DNA of 64,000 nucleotides from Ascoidea asiatica JCM 7603 (lineage: Eukaryota; Fungi; Ascomycota). The stretch spans positions 38,031-102,030 of the forward strand of contig BCKQ01000021.1 of NCBI GenBank assembly GCA_001600695.1, written 5' to 3'. Shown here piece after piece: positions 21,253-33,636 of the stretch. The first letter of the stretch is position 1. Each line of letters begins with the position of its first letter. A program made the translations under genes and the position numbers. Below the pieces are notes generated by a model, which ran no database searches, was not told the origin of the DNA, and worked only from the letters and a program-made list of their open reading frames with translations.

Positions 21253-23022
21253 ATGAATTTACCTACTAAAGATTCTCAAATTGAAAGAGAACTTTTACAA
21301 AAAATTAATCAGATAAATATTTCTTCAAAGGTAGAAGATATTGAGAGTGAAAGTGAGAACGAAAATGAAATGAAAAAAGATTATAATTATGGTTATGATT
21401 ATGATAGTGAGAATAATGATGATAACATAGATCATTATTCTGATACAGAAATTGAAAAAAATGATAAAAAAACAATTTTGAATGATCATAAAACAATTCA
21501 ATCATCTGAGAAAGGTGATATTTTAAATAAATATTCAATATCCAAAAATGAAGATAATATAAATAATTCTATAAAACCACCTAAGATTTCAAAAGATAAA
21601 TCTCAAAGAGCAACAATACAATCCGTTTTAGATCCAAGAACAATAAGATATTTAACAAATTTTATTAAAAATGGTACTTTAACTAAAATTAATGGTTGTA
21701 TATCCACCGGTAAAGAAGCAAATATTTATTATGCAATAAAAGAAGAAATTATAGAAGATACTAATGATAATAATAGTTCTAAAACTATAATTCATCATTA
21801 TGCAATAAAAATATATAAAACTTCAATATTAATTTTTAAAGATAGAGAAAGATATGTAACTGGAGAATTTCGATTTAAAAATTTTAATCAATCAAATCCA
21901 AGAAAAATGATAAAAATTTGGGCAGAAAAGGAATTTCGTAATTTAAAAAGATTATTATCAAATAATATTAATGTACCAAAACCAATAGGAATTAAAAATA
22001 ATGTTTTAATAATGGAATTAATTTCAAATAAAAATTCAATTGGATGGCCAAGTCCAAAATTAAAAGATTTTAAATTTAAAAATTTTAATCAAATTAAATT
22101 TTTTTATTTTAAATTATTAATAATTTTAAGAAAAATGTTTCAAATTTCTAAATTAATTCATGCAGATTTAAGTGAATATAATATAATTATTAAAGATGAT
22201 TATAAAATTTATATTATTGATGTTTCTCAAAGTGTTGAACCAAATCATCCAATGAGTTTAGATTTTTTAAGAATGGATATTAAAAATTTAAATGATTTTT
22301 TTGAGAATAAAAAAAATATAAATATAATTTTAGAAAAAGATATATTTAAATTTATAATTGAAGAAATTTCAACGTTGAATAAAGAATATTTAAATGAAGA
22401 AAATAATGAGGAAGAAATTGAAGAAATTGAAGAAATAGAAGAAATAGAAGAAGAAGATAAAGAATATTTAAAATTATATGAAAAAGATGAATTAGAATTA
22501 GTTAAGATTTTAAATAAATTAAAATTAAAATTAAATGAAGAAGATATTTTAAATGATAAAATTTTCAGATCACAACATTTAATAACAAGTTTACATTCAT
22601 TAGAAGAAGAAGATTTTGAAAATTTTAAAAATGGTAAATTATATACATTTAGAGCTTTAGTTGCAGATGAAAATGGACAAAATATTATTGGAAATGAAAT
22701 GGAAATAAATAAAAATCAAAGTAATGATAATGATAATGATAATGATGATAATAGTGGTAGTGATACTGATAGTAATAGTGATAGTGAGACTGAAAATGAA
22801 GAAGAATATGAAAATGAAAATGAAAATGAAAATGAAAGCGATGAAGAAAATTCAGAAAGTAATGGAGGGAAATTCAATAGAAGAAATAAGAAATTTGAAG
22901 ATAAAGAAGCAAAAAAATTGAATAAACAAAAAGTTAAAGAAGAAGCTAAAGAAAAAAGGAAAAGTAAAGTTAAAAAACATATAAAGAAAAAAGCTGTTAA
23001 AAAGAGTAAATCAAAGAAGTAA
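21253..23022 (+). CDS. RIO1: RIO1 atypical kinase (40S maturation)
   Basis: GCISTGKEANIY, IKIYKTSILIFKDRERYVTGEFRF, WAEKEFRNL, IHADLSEYN, IDVSQSVE; acidic then Lys-rich C-terminus. Confidence 0.95.
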   Translation: MNLPTKDSQIERELLQKINQINISSKVEDIESESENENEMKKDYNYGYDYDSENNDDNIDHYSDTEIEKNDKKTILNDHKTIQSSEKGDILNKYSISKNEDNINNSIKPPKISKDKSQRATIQSVLDPRTIRYLTNFIKNGTLTKINGCISTGKEANIYYAIKEEIIEDTNDNNSSKTIIHHYAIKIYKTSILIFKDRERYVTGEFRFKNFNQSNPRKMIKIWAEKEFRNLKRLLSNNINVPKPIGIKNNVLIMELISNKNSIGWPSPKLKDFKFKNFNQIKFFYFKLLIILRKMFQISKLIHADLSEYNIIIKDDYKIYIIDVSQSVEPNHPMSLDFLRMDIKNLNDFFENKKNINIILEKDIFKFIIEEISTLNKEYLNEENNEEEIEEIEEIEEIEEEDKEYLKLYEKDELELVKILNKLKLKLNEEDILNDKIFRSQHLITSLHSLEEEDFENFKNGKLYTFRALVADENGQNIIGNEMEINKNQSNDNDNDNDDNSGSDTDSNSDSETENEEEYENENENENESDEENSESNGGKFNRRNKKFEDKEAKKLNKQKVKEEAKEKRKSKVKKHIKKKAVKKSKSKK

Positions 23023-23136
23023 ATTGTAGAGATTTATTTAATAATACTTTTATAAAATATATTAAGTTATTTATATACTGTACATATACTATACATATTA
23101 TAGAATATAAAGAAAATATTTAAAGTTTAAATTTTA

Positions 23137-23766
23137 TTATAAATTTTTTAAAACATTATCAGCAGAAGAGATTGTAATTGAAACATTATCAGGTTCAATA
23201 AAAGTTTTTAAAATTTTTTTATTTTCATTATCAATAATTAAAGCATATCTTTTTGATCTAAAATTACCAAAAATTTTAGTTGCATCAAAATCTAAATTTA
23301 ATTTTTTTGTAAATGAACCATCTCTATCACTTAAAATTTTAATTGAATTATTATTATCTTTTAAATTAAAAGAATCTTTCCAAGCTTTAGTTACAAAAGG
23401 ATCATTAACTGCAATTATAAAAATTTGATCAATTTTTAAATCATTTAATTTTTTAAAATTTGAAATAAAATTTGGGATATGAGATTTTGTACAACCTGGA
23501 GAAAAAGCACCAGGTACACCAATTAATAAAGATTTATTTTTATTTGATAATTGATCAATTAAATTAATTGAATTACCTGGAGAATCTTCAAATAATGAAG
23601 GTAAATCATTTGATAATTTATCACCAATATTAACCATTTTAATTGAAGTTGTTGAGAAAAAAAATTTTGAATTATTTAATATAATTGATTTTTTGAAAAT
23701 TGAATTTAAATTTGAATTTCTTAGAATTGAAGAAGTTTTTGAAATTGAAGTTGCTGTTTTAAACAT
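23137..23766 (-). CDS. Prx5-type (AHP1/PMP20-family) peroxiredoxin with mitochondrial presequence
   Basis: GVPGAFSPGCTKSHIP, AVNDPFVTKAW, FGNFRSKRYA. The first 43 residues are acid-free and rich in K/S/F. Confidence 0.9.
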   Translation of the reverse strand: MFKTATSISKTSSILRNSNLNSIFKKSIILNNSKFFFSTTSIKMVNIGDKLSNDLPSLFEDSPGNSINLIDQLSNKNKSLLIGVPGAFSPGCTKSHIPNFISNFKKLNDLKIDQIFIIAVNDPFVTKAWKDSFNLKDNNNSIKILSDRDGSFTKKLNLDFDATKIFGNFRSKRYALIIDNENKKILKTFIEPDNVSITISSADNVLKNL

Positions 23767-24143
23767 TTTTTTTATAAAAGAAGAATATAAATTTGAAATT
23801 TAATTGAGATTAATGAATGTTTTTATAATGAAATATTAATTTTGAATATTGATTGATTACTTGAGTTTGAGATTTGAATTGAGAATATTGGACCAAGCTA
23901 AAGAATCAATTGCTGCTTATTAATTGAATTGAATTGGATTGAATTGAATTTGCTATTGAACAAAGAATATTAAATAAAGAATAAGAGTAGCAGTGGTGGT
24001 TAGTGAACTAATATCGAATATCCTTTTTTTCCAAGAAAGCTCGAATTCTCCACTTCTTGAAGGATGATGATGATGATGATGATGATGAATATCAGTGGTC
24101 GTTGAAGAAGACCCATAAACACGGTCTTATCAACTAAACCGCT

Positions 24144-24151
24144 GTCACGTG
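24144..24151. promoter_or_regulatory. Cbf1/bHLH site GTCACGTG upstream of the peroxiredoxin
   Basis: Exact RTCACGTG match inside a GC island. Confidence 0.55.
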
Positions 24152-25340
24152 GTCAGCTCTTTTTGAAACCATGTATAAGGAACTTCTTGTAATAAAATAG
24201 ATAAATAAGTAACTGAAACTTAAATTTCACAACCTTTTAAACAATTTTTATTGATCTTTTCATATTTCCTGATTAAATGTGCATCTTTTGACTTTGGAGG
24301 GTGTTTTAAAATAAAAGTTTATTTCATTTTCATTTTTTGTAGTTCGAATCCCCAACCAGAAGTTTTTTTTTTTAATATGTGGAATAAAACTTATAAATTT
24401 AACCTATCAACTTTACAATATGTTGGAAGATATCAATTCCATTATACATTTGGAAAACCATAATTTTTTTTTACCTACAGTTTGAGCTGTGCTAATAAGG
24501 TGCAATATCAATATTTTTACAAGATTATTCAAAGTTTCAATAAATGAAATTGAAATTTTGAATAATAATAATAATATATGGTAAGTAATGAACTGAATAC
24601 AAAAACAAGCTTTCTCAATAGGAAAGTACCGAGGATAGTTTGATGCTTGTTATGTAATAGCTTACGTGATTACGCAGTTTGCGGATATTACATAATCCGT
24701 GTCGTTGACCGTGCAGCCTTAAATAACTTAATTCTCTTTAATTCTCCAAATTCACTCAATATAAACACCAGTAAATAAATAGATAAATAAATAAACATCT
24801 AAATAAATAAATAAATAATAATTCAACTGATTAAACTAAACTAAACTGATATGATATGATATGATATAATACAATACAATATAATGAAATCAAATGTTAT
24901 TCAATTCTGGTTTATATTCAATATTAATACTTTATTCTAAATATTATTTATAGTTCATTTTATCAATTCAATTAAATTTATCCTTAAAGTCGGATTGACT
25001 CCTACTTTATATTATAATTAATATTATTCAATTCTATTTTGTTTTTTAATAGGAAATATATTAATACTAAATATTAAATAAGAAACACTAAACACTTAAT
25101 TCATAAAGCAATATCAATTCAATTTTAAAATTCAAACTATTTTCAATCTTTATTTTCTTTTCAATTCTTATATTCTTATATTCTCATATTCTTATATTCT
25201 TATATTCTTATATTTCTTTATTCTCTTTTTTTCTCTTATAATATAACCTAATCTAATCTAATTCAAACTCTCATTTCTTTTCAAAAGAAATATATTGTAC
25301 TATATATATATATACATATTATTATTTTCATTTAAAAAAA

Positions 25341-27086
25341 ATGAAATTAAAGACTTTAATATCTTCTCCTAAATCTCATTCAAATTCAAATTCAAATTCA
25401 AATTCAAATTCAAACCATGATTTAAATGATTCATCAATTAAAAGAAAATCTTCATTACCTCCAATAAATCAATATAATCCATTAAATTATTCTTCTGAAT
25501 CTTCAAAAGTTTATGTAAATTCATTAAAAGCAAATTCAAGAAATAATTCATTAAGAAATAATTCTCTAAGAAACAATTCAAGAAATAATTTTTTAAGAAA
25601 TTCATCATTTTCAAATTATATCAATGAAAATGAAAATGAAAATGAAAATGAAAATGAAAATGATTTAAGTTATAATGAAATTGATTTATTAACTACAAGA
25701 AATACTTTAAGAAATTCAACAATGAATTCTTCATCAAATCCATTAACAAATAATAATAATAATAATAATAATAATACCAACAATAACAATAATCATAGTG
25801 CTGCTTTTGCAGCGGCTAAAGCTTTATCTAACGCTAGATCAAATTCAATTCAATCTTCAAATATTAATAACTTAAATACTAGAAATAGAAATAGAAATAG
25901 AAATTCAAGCTTAAGTTTAAATAAATCTTTAAGAACTTCAAGTTTATCAAATAATAATTTCAATAATATCAATACTACTAATACTAATACTAATAATAAT
26001 AGAAAATTTAACTCATTATCTAATTATAAAACTTCAAATAATGGTTTAATCTCAATATCTGGGATTCCTTCAACTAATCCAATAAACAACCCATTAAATC
26101 AAAGATTAAGAAGAAATTCAAATATTATTATAAATCAAAATAATTCAAGAAAAAAATCTTTAAATAATTTATCAAAAAAAAATTCATTATTATCAATACA
26201 AAATTCAAATTCAAATTCAAAAAGAAATTCATTAAGAAATAATAATAATAATAATAATAATGATGAAATTATAAAATCTTCAATTATTAAAAAAGGTAAT
26301 TTAACTATAAAAAAATTAAAATTTATTGATCAAAATGGTATAACTAGAAAAATTGAAATTAAATTAATAAAATCTTTAAAAAATTATAATATTATAAAAT
26401 CTACAATTATTCAATATCCTGTTTTAAATTATTGGAATAATTTTGATGAAACAATAAATTATAATAATAATAATATTAATAATGAAAATATCAATGAAAA
26501 TATAAATGAAATCTTTAATTATAATGATATTGAAAATAATTTAGATCAATTTGATATAAATGATGAAAATATTTTAAATTTAGATTCTTATATTGAACAA
26601 ATTAATCAAGATGATAATGATGATAATGATGATGATGAAGATTTGGATTTAATATTAAATAATCATTTACAAAATGAATTACTTACTACTAATAAAAATA
26701 TTATCCAAAATAATAATAATATTAATGATGAAATTATTGAAAATTCAATGTTCTTAGATGCTGATGATAATCATACTAAAAATTTAAACATTAATAATAT
26801 AAATAATATAGATAATATTGAAGAAGAATCTTTATCTTCAGATGTAAAACATACTTATCAAAATAATTCCTCAATTTCAACTTCAATATCTAATTATGGT
26901 CCAAATAATAATTCAAATTCAATTGAAGAAACTAATAATCCAGATAATATAAATACCAATTTAGATAATAATATAAATAATAATTTAAATAATAAATCAA
27001 CTGTTGCAAATTTACTGAAATCTGCAATAAGTTATATTCCTGGTTTTAATAATGATCAAATTTCAAAATCTAATAATATTATTATC

Positions 27087-27121
<35 letters not shown>

Positions 27122-28730
27122 AGATGATTCAATTGGAAATAATTCTTTTTTCAATGATACTAAAGATGAAATCACCTTAATTAAACCCAATAATAATATT
27201 AATAATAATAATAATAATGATAATGATACTGAAAATGAAAATGAAAATGAAAACTATTTGTCAATAAATAATACTACTGGATCTTCTTTATCAAGTGTAG
27301 AGCCATTAAAATTTAATAAAAATGATCATAATGAAATTGATCATTCTATAGATAATCTACTACCTTCTCCTTTTATTCAAAGTAATAATATTCAACATTT
27401 AGATTCAAGTTCTCTAAAACATGTTAAAGTTCCAAGAAAATTAAAATCAACTCCATCTTTATTTTCTCAGCAATCAATAAATATTGCAAATAATAATCAT
27501 GACGGTAATAATATCAATAACAAAAACAATAGTTTAAATATTAATTTTACTCCAAATAATAATAATAATAATAATAACAATCAATTTGCTGGTAAGAAAA
27601 AATCAACTCCACTTTTAAATCAATTTGATGATATTCCTGTAAGGTCAATTGAAAGATTACCTGAAGTACAAATGAAAAGAAAATCTTCATTAAATTCATC
27701 ACCTTTACCAACTCCAACTTCAACATTAATTCCAACCCCAAGATTACAATTAGATACTAAATTTCCTTCAAATTCAAATTTTGAAAGTCAAAGTAGTGAA
27801 ATTTTATCTCCTATTAATAATAATGGTATTCTGAATAATTTCAATAATAGTAATGGTAATAGTAATTCATCTCAATTAACTCCTCCAACATCTACTTCAT
27901 TTTCGAATAACTCTTCACCTGCTAAAAAAGCTAATGTGAATTTTGCTAAAGGAGTTCAATTTATTGATTCTGATAAAGAATCAGAAATTGATTTTCAAAA
28001 TAAAAGTTTACAATCTAATCAAAAAGTTATTTCAGAAGAACAAATGTATGAAAGAGCTTTAGAAATTGCAAGAGCAAAAGTTTATTCAATTCAACCAAAA
28101 AAAGATATAGAAAATAATAATGTTGAAAATTCTAATGATTATGATAGTAATATTAACAATATTAAATTACCAGAAATTGAAGAAAATACTTCTAGAACTA
28201 AATCTTTAACAAACTCTTTACTAAGAGTCAAACCTGGTAGATTTTATGAAAATTCTGAGAGTCATTCGTATTCCTTATTATCATCCAGTGTTACATCATT
28301 TAATAAAATTAAAAATGATAAAAATAATAAAAATCATTCAAAACCAGATTTATTTAGATCTCAAAAAGGATTTTCAAGTCATTCATTAAGAAATAAGACT
28401 CCAGAAGAAAAGATAAAAACTACAAAGCCAAGAAAATTAACTAAAAAACAAAAAAAATTTCTTGCAGAAAAAAATAAACTTGAACAAATGGATATAAAAC
28501 AAGAAATTGCAAAACTTCAAAACAGAACTTTAAATAATGAATATAAAAATAATGATAAAACGCTGTCTGATATAATGGAAACTAATAATGAAGATGAAAA
28601 ATCAGATGGTGTTTTGAATTCAGAATCTAATTTGAATAATCAAGAAAAAGTTAAAACTTCTTCACATAGTCGAAATCATTCTAAATCAGGACATAAGTTC
28701 AAATTTAAAAACTTATTTTCAAGATTTTAA
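25341..28730 (+). CDS. MSC3: Msc3-like low-complexity cortical/eisosome-associated protein
   Basis: Islands resembling Msc3 as recalled: SAAFAAAKA; LTIKKLKFIDQNGITRKIEIKLIKSLKNYNIIKST; ISEEQMYERALEIARAKVY (cf. LTEAEMYLKALEVAKRNVY); basic-aromatic C-terminus HKFKFKNLFSRF. The rest is Asn/Ser-rich. Confidence 0.6.
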
Positions 28731-28996
28731 AGTTTTGAAATAATAATTTTTTTTTTTATATTCTTTTCAAACATTTTCAAACTTATATTATATAATACAT
28801 TCAATGAACGTTACATTTTAAACAGTAAAAATATTCTTGACAACGATACATAGTAAAAAAATATTACAACTACGATTTTTATTATTATTGTAATTACTAA
28901 TATGAATACAAATTGATTTTAATGAAATAATATTTGAAATTAAATAGAAATATATTATTATTTATATTATGATTATTATTATTATTGTTATTAAAT

Positions 28997-29392
28997 TTAA
29001 GCTTCTACAGCAAGACGACCTTTTGGATTAGTAATTTTTAAACCAAAAGCTTTAGCTTTCTTTAAAATATCAACTCTATTTCTTGAAGAAACATTATGAG
29101 CAATTTCAGCAGCATAAGATCTTGTATGTAATAATAATAAATCTAAATCTGAAACATTATTAACTAAGAAAGCTTTATGACCAGAAGGCATCATACCTTT
29201 AGTTTTTTTATTTGAACCAAAACCTATTTTTGGTTGAGGAATTGTACCTCTAAAACGACGTCTAACACATGAATCAATACCTTTTTGTTTTCTCCAATTT
29301 TCAGAAACTCTTGCATAACGATCAGAATGATGACGTTTAAAAGTTTTTTTATATTTCTTAACAATTTTTGGGTGAGGTAATGAGGCAGCCAT
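28997..29392 (-). CDS. RPL32: 60S ribosomal protein L32 (eL32)
   Basis: [47 protein letters not shown]. Confidence 0.98.
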   Translation of the reverse strand: MAASLPHPKIVKKYKKTFKRHHSDRYARVSENWRKQKGIDSCVRRRFRGTIPQPKIGFGSNKKTKGMMPSGHKAFLVNNVSDLDLLLLHTRSYAAEIAHNVSSRNRVDILKKAKAFGLKITNPKGRLAVEA

Positions 29393-30223
29393 CTAATATG
29401 ATATAAGAAAGTTAGTAAAAAAATTCAAATTTAATTTTAAGTTAAAGATATGAAAAGCTAAAATATATTGAAAATTATTAAAGAAAAGCATTCCGAACTT
29501 ATCCACTTTTTTTGAAATTATTTAGCTTTGAATGAATAGAAGGGAAGAAAGTTGAAAGGATATTCAAGTGATAAATAGAAAGAAAATATTTAATTTTGGA
29601 TGAGAATAACAAGAATATGAATATTAACACTTCTAGTTTCTATAATTATTATGATTATGCTTCAAAACTGAAAAACAAGTAATTACAGAAGCAATATAAT
29701 TTCTAAAACTCGTTTATATTTATATCGATGTCTTAAAGCTTGGATATATTATTTAGTTCTTGATTATCTTGAATAGTAGTTTTCAATAAACACAGTTTTA
29801 GTTACATTAAAAATATGGATTATAAAACTGAAGTTAGGTCACTTTCCATTTTTTTTCTTGACAACGATTTTTTAAATTTGATAAGTACTTATGATAAGTT
29901 TCTTATATACTATTTGAATAAATAACTTTCTTCATTATATTATTCTAAATTACAATGTATGAATAACAAGGGAAAACAATAATTTTTAAAGAAAAATATA
30001 CTACATTAAGTTCTTATAGATTTTTTTATAGGATAAAGTTCACTATTTTTATTATTCCCATTAATGTTATTTGATATTCCTTAACTTTTCTAAAACTGAT
30101 CCATTTTGATTAATTTCAATTATTTTCAATTATTTTCAATTATTTTCAATTATTTTCACTTAATCATTTCTTGCTGGATATATCTTATATATTTTAATTA
30201 TTCATTGATAAATTTTGACATAC
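29393..30223 (-). other. RPL32: 5'-UTR spliceosomal intron of RPL32 (~831 nt)
   Basis: Minus strand: AAACAAAG|GTATGT donor at 30223, TACTAAC branch point at 29417-29411, TAG acceptor directly abutting the ATG. Confidence 0.8.
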
Positions 30224-30375
30224 CTTTGTTTATTATTATTCTTGAACTATTGTTAATTTTTAGATATTTTTACAATAATTTTAATATATTTATTTTTACC
30301 TTAGTTATAATATCAAATTGAAATTACAATTAATTTTGTCTATTTCAGAAAACTAGCTCATAAACTTTGGAGAGG

Positions 30376-30625
30376 CACGTGAAGCTCAATTTGATGGTTT
30401 ATTTGGCAATGTGGAAGTGGAAAAGAAATTTCGAGGATTTTCAGCTTCAGTCGCTGAGAAACAGCAACAAATGGAAAAAACTGATGTCAGGTGATTTACA
30501 AACTTTGAGAAGTGTTGCTCAATGAGACTGGTTTTGAAAGTTAGTACAGCCCTGGTTGAAAACACCTGATTGCAAATAAGAGCCCTTTTTATTAATTATC
30601 CTGAAAAAGTGAGTTTTTGCCCTGA
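30376..30625. promoter_or_regulatory. RPL32 promoter island with Cbf1 site and Tbf1-like half sites
   Basis: CACGTGA 30376-30382; GCCCT cores at about 30549, 30582 and 30619. Confidence 0.45.
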
Positions 30626-31544
30626 TATATTCGAGCACTTGTCCTACTTTGCCTTATATGATATAGAGTTAAGTTAAGTGCTGGTTGTCGTTGAGGATTT
30701 CTAAGATAATTCAATAATCACTTTTTTTATCATTTTCTATTAGACGTATTTTAAAAGGAGAGAAATTAAAAATATTGAAATTAAAAAAAATAATAATTAC
30801 TTTGCTTCAAGTTTATTAAAATGTTCTTGGAGTTTGAAAATTACTAAAATTACTTTACCTATTTTATTATATGGAAAATTATTTTATTTTTTTTAAAATT
30901 GTTCTTTTCATTTAACTAAAGGTTATATAAATATTTAACAAGAAATAGAAATAGTTTAATTACTTTTTATTAACTTTTTTCTTTAAATATGTTCAAAAAA
31001 ATATTACTTTTAGTAATAGTGATTGTAAATATTGAAAATATAAAACTTGTTTACCTAAATTGTGTATAATGACGCACTCCATACTTGATTAAACCAGTAT
31101 TTTACTTTATTTTACTTTAAATAGAAACCTTGTCAATATTTTTTGGAATTTCTTAAAAATACTTACAAATATTATAAAATATTATTATAATTAAGGAATC
31201 TTTTTTTTTAAAACAAGGTCTAAATTTTCAAATGTTTATTGAAATTCATTAATAAGAAATGAACTGAATACTCTTTTAAAGAATTATTATAAATTATAAA
31301 TTATAAATCATTATTAATCAATAATTTATGAGACTTAAGTTACTTTAGTAACAAAAATTTAAAAGAAACTGTTATTATTTTCAAGATAGAAAAAAAAATA
31401 TAAAAAAAAAAATAGGTAAAAAAATAGGTAAAAAAATAAGATAATAAAAATGAAACTGAAAACAAATTTATTTAAAATTTGGTATAGTTTCTTGATAATG
31501 CAATAATTATTGAAAATTTAAAAATTCTTTTACAAGAAGTTTAA

Positions 31545-32271
31545 TTAGATTCTAATTTTTTTCTTTTTAGATAATCTTTTACTTTTAAGAATAATTTCTT
31601 GTTTCTGTTCTTCTTCTTCACTTTGTTCTTCATCAAGATCCATTTCTTCATCTTCATCTTGACTTTCTTCAAGTTCTTCATCATCATCATCTTGTTCTTC
31701 TTGTTCTTGTAATTCTTTTTGTTTTTGTTGTTTTAATAATTTTCTTTCAGCTTTTTGTAAATTCTTTGCAATTTCAACTTCTCTCATTTTTAATAATTCT
31801 GGATGTTTTTCAATTAATTTTTTATCAGCAATTAATTGTTTTTCTTTATTACCTTTCATTCTATTTTTATAAAATGCTTTTTCTCTTTTCATTCTAATAT
31901 CTTCAATTTTATTAATTGCAGATAAAGTATTTTGAACTAAATCTCTATTATAACGTATTGGTATATTTCTTTTTGTTGAAAAATTTAAAGTTGTATCTAT
32001 TGTTAATTCTTTACCACTACTTTTTCTAAATGCTTTTGTCCATTTTAATTTTCTTGGATTACGACGATGTTTAAAAGATTTATGACATTTAGATGTACAA
32101 AATCTAAATTCTTTTGAATCATTTCTTACAAACATTATTCCATGTCCTGGCTATTATATTGTAATAGATAATTGTTAGTAATTGAAATATATTATAAAGT
32201 AATAAGAGACTTGAGAATAATTTACTTACATATACAGGAGCAGAACAAAAATGACACTGATAAATTCTCAT
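31545..32271 (-). CDS. RLP24: Ribosome biogenesis protein Rlp24, two exons (32271-32230, 32150-31545), 215 aa
   Basis: Exon 1 [14 protein letters not shown] joins exon 2 [24 protein letters not shown], restoring the Cys4 motif. [14 protein letters not shown]; acidic tail. Confidence 0.95.
32151..32229 (-). other. RLP24: RLP24 intron (79 nt, phase 0)
   Basis: GTAAGT donor at 32229, TACTAAC at 32180-32174, TAG acceptor at 32153-32151. Confidence 0.92.
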
Positions 32272-32712
32272 ATTGATATAGTATTATATTATATTAAATG
32301 ATTGATATATATTATTATGTTATTAATATTATTATATTATTATATTATTATATTATTATATTATTATTAATAATGTTATATATCTATTTCATTCTCAAAT
32401 ATTTCAATTATTTCAATTATTTTTCAATGAAGTTTTTCACCGGTAAGAAAAAATAAAAAAAATTAAAATTTTAAACAAAATATATATATAAAGTTTAGCA
32501 CGTGATTAAAGTATGAAGGATAAGAAAGAATGTAATTAAATAGAGACCAAAATTATGGAACTTGTTATTATCTTGTTTTATTATTGTTTATTAATGAATA
32601 ATTTATTGACTGAGGTAAGAATGAATTAAAATAACTAAGAAAGTAAGTAAGTAAGTAATTAAATGATTATATAAAATAGTAGATAAGATTATATAAATGA
32701 TTGAATAGGTAA

Positions 32713-33636
32713 TTAATTTGAATCTTTTGAAGGATAACTAATTTTACCTTGTTTTTCAAGAGCATTAATTAAAGGTAATAATGGTTTTAAATCATTTTTT
32801 TCAATTAAATTAAATTCATTAATAAAACTTATAAAATGACTAAAAAAAGAATTAAAATGAGCTTCTAAAGAAAGGTGAATAATTTTATCAAAATGATTAT
32901 AATAAATATGAGAAAAGATTTTAAACATTTCAATTAAAATTTTTTTACAATCATTTAAAAAATTAGTTGGAAATGGAATATTATTCTTTGTTGGAAATAT
33001 TGATTGATCATTAATTTTATCATTAATTGAATTTAAAGTTAATTCAATATATTGTTTTGCAGGTAAATTTAAATTTTTATTTGATTGTTGATCATAATAA
33101 TAATAAATAAAATTTGAACCTGCATTCATATTTGGGTATAAATCATTTGATAAAAAATCTTGAATTATATCAATAAATTGATTTAAATTTGTAAATAATT
33201 CAAAAATATTTAAAGCTAACCATTCTTTATAATCTACATATTTTGGTAATTGAACTATGGTTTTAAAAGAACCTTTAACAACTGCAGATCTTATAAATGG
33301 ATCACATAAAAATAAAGGTATATCATTATTATAATTTGAATTATTTGAATTATTTGAAGTATTTGAAGTATTTAAAGAATTATTTGTATTTGTTGTATTT
33401 ATACTTGAATTTGTAATTGAAGAATTTGAAGAAGTAATTTTACTTGAGTTATTGTTATTGTTATTGTTATTGTTATTACTTGTATTGGTAATATTTGTAT
33501 TATTTAATAAACCTTGTGGTTGTCTAGAAGCGATAATTTGATTATTTGAATTATAATTTGAATTTGATATTATTGGATTCTTATTTTTTTTTGAATTACG
33601 AGATGTGAAACCTCTAATTGAAGAAAAAAATGACAT
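32713..33636 (-). CDS. MOB2: Mob2, Cbk1 kinase activator (RAM network)
   Basis: MSFF...RNSKKNKN, VKGSFKTIVQLPKYVD..EWLALN, HFDKIIHLSLEAH.NSFFSHFISF, EKQGKI. A further in-frame ATG lies at 33645. Confidence 0.93.
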   Translation of the reverse strand: MSFFSSIRGFTSRNSKKNKNPIISNSNYNSNNQIIASRQPQGLLNNTNITNTSNNNNNNNNNNSSKITSSNSSITNSSINTTNTNNSLNTSNTSNNSNNSNYNNDIPLFLCDPFIRSAVVKGSFKTIVQLPKYVDYKEWLALNIFELFTNLNQFIDIIQDFLSNDLYPNMNAGSNFIYYYYDQQSNKNLNLPAKQYIELTLNSINDKINDQSIFPTKNNIPFPTNFLNDCKKILIEMFKIFSHIYYNHFDKIIHLSLEAHFNSFFSHFISFINEFNLIEKNDLKPLLPLINALEKQGKISYPSKDSN

